Positions 45,757 through 53,545 of a stretch of 64,000 nt of DNA are shown piece by piece. The number at the start of each line of letters is the position of its first letter. Position 1 is the first letter of the stretch. Under the pieces are notes generated by a model. That model saw only the letters and a list, made by a program, of their open reading frames with translations, had not been told where the DNA came from and ran no database searches. Made by a program: the position numbers and the translations under genes. The stretch comes from Pseudomonadota bacterium (GTDB lineage Bacteria; Pseudomonadota; Gammaproteobacteria; Pseudomonadales; UBA6940), in the NCBI GenBank assembly GCA_040386355.1, contig JAZKFP010000056.1, positions 50,960 through 114,959 of the forward strand, written 5' to 3'.

Positions 45757-45963
45757 ATGACAAAAATAGAACAACCTACACCACTACAAATCAAATCCCT
45801 TCGTGAGAGCGTGGGGCTAACTCAGAAACAAGCGGCTGAATTATTAGACGCAACGGAGCGAACTTGGCGAAGATGGGAATCTGATTCTGATTCAATTAAT
45901 ATTCCGAAATCTAAGTGGGAATTGTTTCTAATGAAAACGGTTACGATGCCTAAGAAAAAATAA
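45757..45963 (+). CDS. XRE-family helix-turn-helix protein (68 aa)
   Basis: ..IKSLRESVGLTQKQAAELLDATERTWRRWES.. is a classic HTH_XRE pattern. RBS GAGG. Confidence 0.75.
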   Translation: MTKIEQPTPLQIKSLRESVGLTQKQAAELLDATERTWRRWESDSDSINIPKSKWELFLMKTVTMPKKK

Positions 45964-45975
45964 TTAAAAAACTTA

Positions 45976-46473
45976 ATGAAATATACTTACTTGCAGGGCG
46001 TTGCGTCCTGTACTTTAGTTATTAATATAAGCCAGCACTTAATGTATAAAATAGAACCCTACAAGCTCAAAATCATTAACGATCATCAGATGATTAAATC
46101 AACAAACTATTGGGAATCGTTTCAAGCTCTCAATGGCTGGGTTTATTTAAGCTGGGGTGGCGGTTGTGCTCGTCTATTAATTCCGAAAGTAAGCTACAAA
46201 TATCTTATTAAAATGCGCACAGTGAAAAACATTGTTATTACTAAAGGCAGTTTTAAAGATAAATTAAATTGCTTTGAGATTATGTTCGAAGATGGTTCAG
46301 AGTCACCCTTTTCAATTATCATTCAACCTGAGCAAACCGATAAACTTTCATGGGATGACAAAGGCAAATTTCCTTTTACGGTTTGGACTGAACAAGGCAT
46401 GTTTAAAAAATTCTGGGGCTGGTATCGAACGGCTGTAAAACTTCCTTACTTAATGCCTCTTAAAAATATATGA
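45976..46473 (+). CDS. Hypothetical Trp-rich protein (165 aa)
   Basis: Track ORF. The start could be the internal Met at 46042. No motif. Confidence 0.6.
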   Translation: MKYTYLQGVASCTLVINISQHLMYKIEPYKLKIINDHQMIKSTNYWESFQALNGWVYLSWGGGCARLLIPKVSYKYLIKMRTVKNIVITKGSFKDKLNCFEIMFEDGSESPFSIIIQPEQTDKLSWDDKGKFPFTVWTEQGMFKKFWGWYRTAVKLPYLMPLKNI

Positions 46474-46682
46474 ACCTTCTCTACAAAAAAGCGCGCTACA
46501 TAAATAAACTTTTGAACGGGCCGGATGATAAAGAAGTATTTCGGCTTGGCGGCTTAGAGGTAAATAGCTCAAGCTTACAAGCTTGGCGTGCTGGCGTTGA
46601 AAAGTCTAACTACAGAGACATTACAAACGAACAGCTCGCGGCTTATATGGATGGTTTAATTAAGATTCTTACTAAAGATTAA
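46470..46682 (+). CDS. Hypothetical protein (70 aa)
   Basis: ATGA-coupled to the previous gene. Confidence 0.6.
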   Translation: MNLLYKKARYINKLLNGPDDKEVFRLGGLEVNSSSLQAWRAGVEKSNYRDITNEQLAAYMDGLIKILTKD

Positions 46683-46827
46683 TTAAATATTTTTCTACAA
46701 CGAGATACCAACTATAAAATGGAATAAATACAGCTATAACTTTCAAAAATCCCTGAGCAATTACAACTCCAGCAATCCAAGCTATCAACAACGCAAGAGC
46801 TAATAAATTATCTAAAAACCTAAACAT
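46672..46827 (-). CDS. Small membrane protein (51 aa), last gene of the early operon; not in ORF track
   Basis: RBS AGGAAG. Sequence MFRFLDNLLALALLIAWIAGVVIAQGFLKVIAVFIPFYSWYLVVEKYLINL*. Confidence 0.5.
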   Translation of the reverse strand: MFRFLDNLLALALLIAWIAGVVIAQGFLKVIAVFIPFYSWYLVVEKYLINL

Positions 46828-46838
46828 TTTAAAACTTC

Positions 46839-47150
46839 CTACCTAGTGATTTTACTATCCAACTCTCTTAACAACTTATGCGTCACTGACCCGATCAATA
46901 TCTTTTCGCGCTGATCGTCAAACACAAAATAATCTACTAAAAGCTCAATCGTCTGGCTGATCGTTTTAAGCCCCATTTCACGCCGTATATCATCTATTTT
47001 CTGTCGCGTGTACTTGGGAACTACTATTCGCCTTAGATATGCGGAGTGATCGTCGTCTGTGCAGCGAGAGTGAGAATAATCACGCTTCGCGCCTCTTACG
47101 TATGTTTCTTTAAGCTTAATTACATTTGGAACATTGCCAGCGCTTAACAT
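46839..47150 (-). CDS. Hypothetical protein (103 aa)
   Basis: Track ORF, co-oriented. Basic. Confidence 0.65.
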   Translation of the reverse strand: MLSAGNVPNVIKLKETYVRGAKRDYSHSRCTDDDHSAYLRRIVVPKYTRQKIDDIRREMGLKTISQTIELLVDYFVFDDQREKILIGSVTHKLLRELDSKITR

Positions 47151-47152
47151 TT

Positions 47153-47599
47153 TTACTCACCGAAAAATTCGATCATTGCCTCTTTCTCAATCGCTTCTGA
47201 AAAGAACAAACGCACCCATTTAATATATTTTTTAACTAATTCCGTTTCTACATCAGGATATAAATCATAGAGCGCATACATTGAGCTACAGTGAAAAATC
47301 TGCATTAAGTTTTTAGCGCCACGAATTGTTTTAGCGACGCTTTGCGCAATTTCAAAATCAACGTCTTTCACTGGATCAATTAAAAGCCCTGGCCTACGTC
47401 CGCGCCGTCTTACCTGCCTCCTCACTTCTAATACCTGCTCAACTGTAATGCTATATTTAGTTGCGATGTTTAAATCGTCGTTTGCTATTTTTGCAAAATA
47501 TTCATTAAAAACATCTTCAAAAATTGCTTTTTTTATTCTTTTTTCGATAGCAACCGAGCACTGCGGTTTTGCATACGACATACATTTCAAAGCCCCCAT
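47153..47599 (-). CDS. Hypothetical basic protein (148 aa), possible regulator
   Basis: Track ORF 47153-47638 trimmed to Met14 so that it abuts the dut stop. Contains an Arg-rich stretch RRQVRRRGRRPG. Confidence 0.55.
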   Translation of the reverse strand: MGALKCMSYAKPQCSVAIEKRIKKAIFEDVFNEYFAKIANDDLNIATKYSITVEQVLEVRRQVRRRGRRPGLLIDPVKDVDFEIAQSVAKTIRGAKNLMQIFHCSSMYALYDLYPDVETELVKKYIKWVRLFFSEAIEKEAMIEFFGE

Positions 47600-47600
47600 T

Positions 47601-48041
47601 TTAAACCCCAGTAGAGCCGAACCCACCAACTCGCACATTCTTGACGCTATCCCCGTTAATTAAAAATGGCGTGACGATCATTTGGCAAATTCGGTCGCCT
47701 TTTTTTAAAATAACTGTGTCTCTTGTGCGGTTTCTTATTTTTATAATAATTTCATTTGGATATTCATAATCCATGTCAATATCGCCAGCTAACAGCTCAA
47801 GTCTTGTCGACATTGATGAACGAATCGTTAAATCCCCATAGAAATTAAACATTCCAAACTCTTGAGCTTCTTTTGTTGTTTTCCAACAAACGCCTGAACT
47901 TATTTTAGCAGTTGCGTGCCGATTTATTTGAATATATTCAGGTAAATAAAAATCATACCCAGCAGCGCCTACAGTTCCCCGCTCTGGTAATTTAAAAGTT
48001 TTATCATTTGCAACGCGCGGTGCTTTTAAAAATTCAAACAT
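47601..48041 (-). CDS. dut: dUTP diphosphatase
   Basis: ..GAAGYDFYLPE.., ..IRSSMS.., ..GDIDMDY.., ..GDRICQMIV.., and the C-terminal ..GGFGSTGV motif 5. Confidence 0.85.
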   Translation of the reverse strand: MFEFLKAPRVANDKTFKLPERGTVGAAGYDFYLPEYIQINRHATAKISSGVCWKTTKEAQEFGMFNFYGDLTIRSSMSTRLELLAGDIDMDYEYPNEIIIKIRNRTRDTVILKKGDRICQMIVTPFLINGDSVKNVRVGGFGSTGV

Positions 48042-48426
48042 CTACATCCCCTCGTGTTTTAATATAATCCGTAATATCTGCAATTGCTTTATATTTTTTA
48101 ACTTCGCATGTTGAATATCTTAATAATGTCCACCCTAATTTTTCAGCCTCCCTATACTTCTCCATATCTTTTAAATATCCAGAGCCTCGCGTGTGCCTGC
48201 CGTTACTCCAAATACCTCCCTCAACTTCTACAGCTACCTTTTTTTCAACGTGGGCAAAATCAAAAGCCCATTTTCTAGTCGGATGAAATCTGTGCTGTCT
48301 TTCCCACCCGCTTAAGCTTTGCAACTGAAACCACAATTGATCTTCGGCGCTAATCTCTTTCTTTTTAATAATCTTCGGCGTTTTTATTTTTAATTTTTTT
48401 GCCCATTCTTTACTTAGCTTGATCAT
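48034..48426 (-). CDS. DUF559/Vsr-like (PD-(D/E)XK-type) endonuclease-fold protein (130 aa)
   Basis: ..WAFDFAHVEKKVAVEVEGGIWSNGRHTRGSGYLKDMEKYREAEKLGWTLLRYS follows the DF...(hydrophobic)EVxG...H....D..K...L...GW.vLR pattern. Confidence 0.6.
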   Translation of the reverse strand: MIKLSKEWAKKLKIKTPKIIKKKEISAEDQLWFQLQSLSGWERQHRFHPTRKWAFDFAHVEKKVAVEVEGGIWSNGRHTRGSGYLKDMEKYREAEKLGWTLLRYSTCEVKKYKAIADITDYIKTRGDVDV

Positions 48427-49123
48427 TCGCCCACCGTTTAAACTCTTGGAAGTGGTTGTAAAATCTTTGAGCTGCTTCGGGGTCGCTGTCGTACTCTGAA
48501 CGGCTACCTACATATGTCATAAAACGCATTACTTTTTCGGTTGAATCCAACAAGGATTTGGTGCGATCCATAAAATCCCAATCATCTAAATTTAATAGAT
48601 ATTTTTCATATTTCTTATAATTTTCCGATTGACAAACCTGTGCCGCGAACTGGGATAATGATTTGCAACCTAATTTTTTTCGTATTTCTTCAATTTTTAA
48701 AAGCTCTGAAATCGGCTGAGTATTGAAAACTTCTTGCAGCTCGCAAAAGTCCGACTCATCTTGTTCGCTGTGAACTTTTAAGTGGCCAAGACCAGGACGA
48801 TGCACAAATTTTCCTTTTCCGTTTTCATCGCCTACCATTGCGCGATAACCAACCTCGTTTATATGCTCTATAAAAGTTTTAGGCTTATGCGCTTCTACCT
48901 GATACAAAACCTCGCCCACTTCTTTAAGCGCCTGCTGTGGATCAACTGAGAGCGTCTCATCATCATTCACGCGAAACATAAAACATTTATAGCGAGCGCC
49001 TTCGCTGTCCATAAACGCCAAACCGTGCTCACGATCTAAAATATCAAACGTTACTTTTACGCCGCCCTTAGTCGTAATGATTGAACGGTTGACTTTCATT
49101 TCTTCAATGAATTTATCGAGCAT
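48410..49123 (-). CDS. Hypothetical protein (237 aa)
   Basis: Track ORF, overlapping neighbours. Confidence 0.7.
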   Translation of the reverse strand: MLDKFIEEMKVNRSIITTKGGVKVTFDILDREHGLAFMDSEGARYKCFMFRVNDDETLSVDPQQALKEVGEVLYQVEAHKPKTFIEHINEVGYRAMVGDENGKGKFVHRPGLGHLKVHSEQDESDFCELQEVFNTQPISELLKIEEIRKKLGCKSLSQFAAQVCQSENYKKYEKYLLNLDDWDFMDRTKSLLDSTEKVMRFMTYVGSRSEYDSDPEAAQRFYNHFQEFKRWANDQAK

Positions 49124-49568
49124 TTTTCACCCACTCATCAAAATCGATTGACTTAGCTTCTCCAGCACAATGAGCATTTAATTTAACTGCGATTTCTACG
49201 GCGTCGATTGCGTTTTTTCCAGAATGCATAACGCCCAAAGCCATATCTGCGCCTGCACCTAATGCAATATGCTTTGAAAAAATTGGATATGGAACGTGAG
49301 AATTTTCAATAAAATAAGTTGATCGATCTTTTTTAATCAGTAAAACATTACAAAGCATTTCTTCTTTTTGTTTAGAAGGGAAATCAGCTTTATTCATTCC
49401 TTTTTCAAATATCCATTCTACTAATTCAAGGCCTACTGCCGCTTCTCCCGATATACCAACCAAATATTCATCGTTACTAAATATTTTTTGACTGGAGTAA
49501 ACAGCATTACCCAAACAAACCAAGGAATCAGACGCTAATGTTTTCCCATCCCATGCTATGACTGTCAT
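49113..49568 (-). CDS. HslV/proteasome-beta-like Ntn-hydrolase (151 aa)
   Basis: Thr2 follows the initiator Met (MTVIAWDGKTLASDS..). ..YLVGISGEAAVGLELVEWI.. and ..IALGAGADMALGV.. align by eye with HslV TTIV..GDGQ.., ..AGFAGGTADAF.. and ..IAIGSGG.. Confidence 0.6.
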   Translation of the reverse strand: MTVIAWDGKTLASDSLVCLGNAVYSSQKIFSNDEYLVGISGEAAVGLELVEWIFEKGMNKADFPSKQKEEMLCNVLLIKKDRSTYFIENSHVPYPIFSKHIALGAGADMALGVMHSGKNAIDAVEIAVKLNAHCAGEAKSIDFDEWVKNAR

Positions 49569-49571
49569 TTT

Positions 49572-49898
49572 TTACCGCCTTGTGACACAGTTGCCTGCTT
49601 TAACATTTCCAATTACGTCGCCACAATTAACGGAATTACCTGCTTCAACATTGCCACGAACATTTCCACACCTCACTGAATTTCCAGCACGAGCAAAATT
49701 AATTGATCCGCTGCAAGAAAGTTCTAATGCACTGGCGCAATCAATGCTTTCAACATTTCCTTCTACAGTAATATTCACTGAGCGAATCTCACGTTTGTCT
49801 TTATCATCAGCATTTACGCCATCGATATAAACACCCCTAGCGGTAACTGAAATATTATTCCCATGATAAGTTTTACCATCAATTGTTATACTTCCCAC
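49572..49898 (-). CDS. Cys-rich beta-helix repeat protein (bactofilin-like repeats), 108 aa
   Basis: Track ORF trimmed to a GTG preceded by AAGGAG (6-nt spacing), 2 nt after the upstream stop. Repeats ..AGNSVRCGNVRGNVEAGNSVNCGDVIGNVKAGNCV.. Confidence 0.5.
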   Translation of the reverse strand: MGSITIDGKTYHGNNISVTARGVYIDGVNADDKDKREIRSVNITVEGNVESIDCASALELSCSGSINFARAGNSVRCGNVRGNVEAGNSVNCGDVIGNVKAGNCVTRR

Positions 49899-49900
49899 CT

Positions 49901-50089
49901 TTAACTCCTTTTTTTTTCTAAAATAGTTAAACATACTTTTACAATCCCTAAAATTCCGAAAATTACAGCGACTAAAACAAACCCACCCCAAAGCGGCGCA
50001 GTTACCCACCACCATGACCAGGCAATAACATCACAAAGTTTTAGCGTTAAGAAAATTAAAAACAACACACCCAAAAATCCAATTTTCAT
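49901..50089 (-). CDS. Small two-TM membrane protein (62 aa)
   Basis: Track ORF. Hydrophobic, Trp-rich (..AWSWWWVTAPLWGG..). Confidence 0.6.
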   Translation of the reverse strand: MKIGFLGVLFLIFLTLKLCDVIAWSWWWVTAPLWGGFVLVAVIFGILGIVKVCLTILEKKRS

Positions 50090-50097
50090 AAATTCCC

Positions 50098-50349
50098 TTA
50101 ACGTGTCAGCTCAAAAAAATCCTGATTAAAATTTTTTGTAATTTCGTGATTCCTTAGATCTTCTATGGCCACTCTTACTTCTGAGTAAGTGTCATACCAA
50201 GCAATAATTGCAATAGAAATTTTTGTTTCCTTGCCTTCAAAATTATGAAAATGAAAATAGTAAAAGTCTCCAAATTCATAAAATTTTATAGATTCTTGAA
50301 TTTCATAAAACGATTCAATCTCTCTAAATTTATACTTAATCTCGCTCAT
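50098..50349 (-). CDS. Hypothetical protein (83 aa)
   Basis: Track ORF, co-oriented early gene. Confidence 0.6.
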   Translation of the reverse strand: MSEIKYKFREIESFYEIQESIKFYEFGDFYYFHFHNFEGKETKISIAIIAWYDTYSEVRVAIEDLRNHEITKNFNQDFFELTR

Positions 50350-50587
50350 TCCTTGCTCCTTTGTTTACATATTCCCAATAAAATCTCACATGCTCTCTCA
50401 AAACTGCCTTATCGCCCTTGTAATTATTTATCGCTTCCTTGCGTTCTTCTTTACTTGATAACGAAATAATTTGCTTTGCTTTACCAACACATCCAGCCCA
50501 TTCCATTTTGTCGCGCAATGTTCCATCAAATGGATAAGGCACGGTTAAGCCTGGCGGTATTGGTGGGCGTGACGTGTATTTATTCAT
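50336..50587 (-). CDS. Hypothetical protein (83 aa)
   Basis: Track ORF, co-oriented early gene. Confidence 0.6.
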   Translation of the reverse strand: MNKYTSRPPIPPGLTVPYPFDGTLRDKMEWAGCVGKAKQIISLSSKEERKEAINNYKGDKAVLREHVRFYWEYVNKGARNERD

Positions 50588-50777
50588 TTAATTCATTCTT
50601 TAAATCGTATTTCTTCTTAATTTCTTCTTCGAATTTTTCTATTGAACGGTTAACAATGTAATCAATAATATCGTTAATAGTCCTTTTTGGGCGCGATCTG
50701 CTTATATGTACGTCTGGATGGTTTGCGTACGTATTTCCATCCAAATCTTGAATATCGCTTTTAAATTCCATTTTCAC
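50580..50777 (-). CDS. Hypothetical protein (65 aa)
   Basis: Track ORF, co-oriented early gene. Confidence 0.55.
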   Translation of the reverse strand: MKMEFKSDIQDLDGNTYANHPDVHISRSRPKRTINDIIDYIVNRSIEKFEEEIKKKYDLKNELNE

Positions 50778-51006
50778 TCCTCTTAAATGAGCCCCTAACT
50801 ATCGTATCAACTGAAAAAAACAGCTCACCATCTTCAACTACTGGATGACAACCAAACATTCCGCGCCCAATACACACTGTAAAAAATATTTCATCTTTTA
50901 CGCTGTCATGTATCTTTCCAACATTATCTTTGCCATGAAGCGTTATTAATTGATTCTCAAAATCATCAACCAGAGATTCATTTTTAAAATATTCAACAGA
51001 ATTCAT
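50761..51006 (-). CDS. Hypothetical protein (81 aa)
   Basis: Track ORF 50761-51060 trimmed to Met19, 4 nt after the upstream stop. Confidence 0.55.
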   Translation of the reverse strand: MNSVEYFKNESLVDDFENQLITLHGKDNVGKIHDSVKDEIFFTVCIGRGMFGCHPVVEDGELFFSVDTIVRGSFKRSENGI

Positions 51007-51010
51007 ACTG

Positions 51011-51379
51011 TTAAACCTTCTCAAACCCAACCTCAACCGAAAAATCCCAAGCCGCTTCACGATGCCACCGAATAACTAATTCACCGCTTTCACTTTTTAC
51101 TTTGTAGAACTTCCACCAACGTCTGAGCGTGTCTTCTTCTTTTTCTCCTTGCATAAATCCAATCTCGTCAAAATTCATTTCATACGCTTGAGTAATTGGC
51201 AGATTATTTAAATCGCTTAGCTCTCCGATTAATTTGAATGCATATCGACTATCCAAATGCTTATCTAAATACGCTAAACGGTACGCCTCGCCGTTTAATG
51301 TACAAAAATCGATCGCGCTGTTATCTGCTGACGGTTTTATATCTACTAATGTTTTTCCAACTAATAATTCAATACTCAT
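51011..51379 (-). CDS. Hypothetical protein (122 aa)
   Basis: Track ORF with RBS AAGGG. Confidence 0.65.
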   Translation of the reverse strand: MSIELLVGKTLVDIKPSADNSAIDFCTLNGEAYRLAYLDKHLDSRYAFKLIGELSDLNNLPITQAYEMNFDEIGFMQGEKEEDTLRRWWKFYKVKSESGELVIRWHREAAWDFSVEVGFEKV

Positions 51380-51400
51380 TTCATAAACCCTTATAGTAAG

Positions 51401-51550
51401 TTAACCTTTGTAAATTGATTTTCTTAAATCCACCCACTGTACAACCCTTGCCTTAATTCCCTCTTTCACAAAATTAAAATGTCGCGCTCTTTGGTGAAAG
51501 TTTTCTTCGAGCGGTTTAAAATACACTGGTAAGTTAGTTTGGATGTTCAT
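51401..51550 (-). CDS. Small hypothetical protein (49 aa); not in ORF track
   Basis: TGATG overlap with the upstream stop. Sequence MNIQTNLPVYFKPLEENFHQRARHFNFVKEGIKARVVQWVDLRKSIYKG*. Confidence 0.5.
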   Translation of the reverse strand: MNIQTNLPVYFKPLEENFHQRARHFNFVKEGIKARVVQWVDLRKSIYKG

Positions 51551-51855
51551 CATTCCACCTCGACTTGGATATCAACGCCAAATTTATTTCCATTAACAGA
51601 AATTACTTCTTGATTAGGATGAAACAGATACGAGCAATTAGCGGTAGCTGGTTTACGCCATCTAATAGAAATATTTTCTTGATCAATTTCTGATATATTC
51701 ATTTTAAATGGAGCCTTTCCGAAAATTGGATAGATTAGAATTTTGTCACTCTTTTCAATCAAAATATTTAACAAACCCGCAAAATAAATTGGCGCATCAC
51801 ATACTGATAAATATTTCTCAGGAACCTTCTTCCCTTTGAAGTAAATTCGAATCAT
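51550..51855 (-). CDS. Hypothetical protein (101 aa)
   Basis: Track ORF, coupled. Confidence 0.65.
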   Translation of the reverse strand: MIRIYFKGKKVPEKYLSVCDAPIYFAGLLNILIEKSDKILIYPIFGKAPFKMNISEIDQENISIRWRKPATANCSYLFHPNQEVISVNGNKFGVDIQVEVE

Positions 51856-52067
51856 TTCCTCTCCCCACTTTTTAAAATATACATCCCATAACGACTTTCA
51901 TTTCCACGCACCCAGTGCATTACAATCGGATGGCCTTTTTGCTTTAAATCGTAAATCCTCGCAGCTAACCGGCTTATGCGAAATTTATTAAAAGCTTGGG
52001 CGTGCGTGATGCCGTTGCCTTTTTGTAAGTGCGATAAAATTTGTAAGCATTGCGAGGAGTGGTTCAT
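51852..52067 (-). CDS. Small winged-helix/HTH-like DNA-binding protein (71 aa)
   Basis: ..LSHLQKGNGITHAQAFNKFRISRLAARIYDLKQKGHPI.. is a pattern seen in small phage wHTH proteins. Confidence 0.55.
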   Translation of the reverse strand: MNHSSQCLQILSHLQKGNGITHAQAFNKFRISRLAARIYDLKQKGHPIVMHWVRGNESRYGMYILKSGERK

Positions 52068-52072
52068 TTCTT

Positions 52073-52255
52073 TTAGTCTCTGCTAAATTTAAATGGAACT
52101 TGAAAGATACAAATAAAAATAAAAAAACAAATCACTTTAAAAAAAATAGTTTCAAATATAAAAATTCCTTGAAATGCGCTTGACCAAAAAATAAACCAAA
52201 GCAACATTCCTGAAAATTCATCTGTAAAATCTGAAAGATCAAATCCTATTTTCAC
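52073..52255 (-). CDS. Small hydrophobic protein (60 aa)
   Basis: Track ORF. Phe/Ile-rich TM segments. Confidence 0.5.
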   Translation of the reverse strand: MKIGFDLSDFTDEFSGMLLWFIFWSSAFQGIFIFETIFFKVICFFIFICIFQVPFKFSRD

Positions 52256-52530
52256 GCCTCATTCTCCCGATCTGATCCCCACATAATTTCTCGCATTCTT
52301 TGTCGTGCGCCTGCGAATCTTTTTGATTCTATTTTCACGATATCAAGCGGCGTTTCGGTGCCCATCATCAAGTTTCCTTCAAGCAACCAAAATAACGATT
52401 GATGCTCATTTAAATCAAAAGATAACCAAGCTCTATTGGTATTTGTTCTATTCTCTGGCAAAACAAAACTCCCACCACACCGTAAATAAACGGTATTGCC
52501 TGCGCGCCATTTAGCGGTGAAGTCGGTCAT
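52252..52530 (-). CDS. Hypothetical protein (92 aa)
   Basis: Track ORF, coupled. Confidence 0.65.
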   Translation of the reverse strand: MTDFTAKWRAGNTVYLRCGGSFVLPENRTNTNRAWLSFDLNEHQSLFWLLEGNLMMGTETPLDIVKIESKRFAGARQRMREIMWGSDRENEA

Positions 52531-52757
52531 GACAATTCCTTTATTTTTTTATTAATTTGGCTTCTTATTAGAGAGATCAATTCTTTTTTTAGAATTTCTA
52601 AAGTCTCTTTTTTATGTTCTTTGTGCATGTAGCTCGCCCCTTGAATTGCTGAAACTTCCAAAACAACTCTCTGGTTAAAACTTAATTCCATTGGCTCCAA
52701 ATCAGTAAATTTTGTGTAAATTGTTGGGCGATGAGTTTCGATAAATTTTATTTTCAT
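52527..52757 (-). CDS. Hypothetical protein (76 aa)
   Basis: Track ORF, coupled. Confidence 0.65.
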   Translation of the reverse strand: MKIKFIETHRPTIYTKFTDLEPMELSFNQRVVLEVSAIQGASYMHKEHKKETLEILKKELISLIRSQINKKIKELS

Positions 52758-53545
52758 AATTGCGGCCCTAAATCCATATCCCTATAACGGTCTTGCTGTT
52801 CCTGAGCCTTTCGAATTTCTTCGGTTCGGTCTCTTGGCAATGGGTTGCGCAAATTTGCAATAATGCTTGCGTAACGCGATCTATTTTTCTTAGCTAAACC
52901 TTCATCAATCGGAGGCGGTAAATACTTAAGGCCGTCAGGAAATTGTTTAAGATCGTTTAGGAAATACGTTTCATCGCCGTTATTTTTAGTCCCTGCTAAA
53001 CGTAAATTTTTATTTACTAAATCGGTACCGATTAACCCTTCGCGTCGAGCCTCGATCGTTTTATCGCGTATTACGCTTGCAGATTCTTCTCGGTTTAATC
53101 CAGTTGGTTGAGATAAAAACCAACGCGGTCTTTTTCCGGTAATTCGGGCAACTTTTAATTCTTGCTTGTAGGCTTCGATAAAAATCATATGCCCTTGAAT
53201 TAAATCACCACGGTCTAGCGCATCTTTGGCAATACCCCACGCCCTACTCATTTCGTCGGTTAAATATTCGCAATCCATTTCCTGTTTTGGAATTTTTGCC
53301 CAGGCCGTTTGTGGTTCTGGATGGCCGTCAGAAATACCCATGCACTCGATAACGTGCGAAGGATTTAACGTTCCCCATGTAACTTTTTTCAAAGCCTGAA
53401 TAAGCGCTGCACAAACTAATTCGAAGGGATATTCTTCAAGCATTTCCCACCAAGTCAGCAAAGCATCAGGCGAATAATCAACCTTGTACGTTTTGAATTT
53501 TGGCTGAACAAATTTAAAAAAATCTTGTTGCTGGTCTTGTCTCAC
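52754..53545 (-). CDS. Hypothetical protein (263 aa) downstream of the replication initiator; possible replication accessory/helicase-loading factor
   Basis: Position is analogous to lambda P. There is no Walker motif. Function is inferred from synteny only. Confidence 0.5.
   Translation of the reverse strand: MRQDQQQDFFKFVQPKFKTYKVDYSPDALLTWWEMLEEYPFELVCAALIQALKKVTWGTLNPSHVIECMGISDGHPEPQTAWAKIPKQEMDCEYLTDEMSRAWGIAKDALDRGDLIQGHMIFIEAYKQELKVARITGKRPRWFLSQPTGLNREESASVIRDKTIEARREGLIGTDLVNKNLRLAGTKNNGDETYFLNDLKQFPDGLKYLPPPIDEGLAKKNRSRYASIIANLRNPLPRDRTEEIRKAQEQQDRYRDMDLGPQL

Noticed and set aside
45554-45763. 69-aa minus-strand track ORF
   Set aside because: It is antisense to two translationally coupled plus-strand microprotein ORFs that have RBSs and fit the plus-strand operon. 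The minus ORF has no RBS and opposes the local transcription direction.
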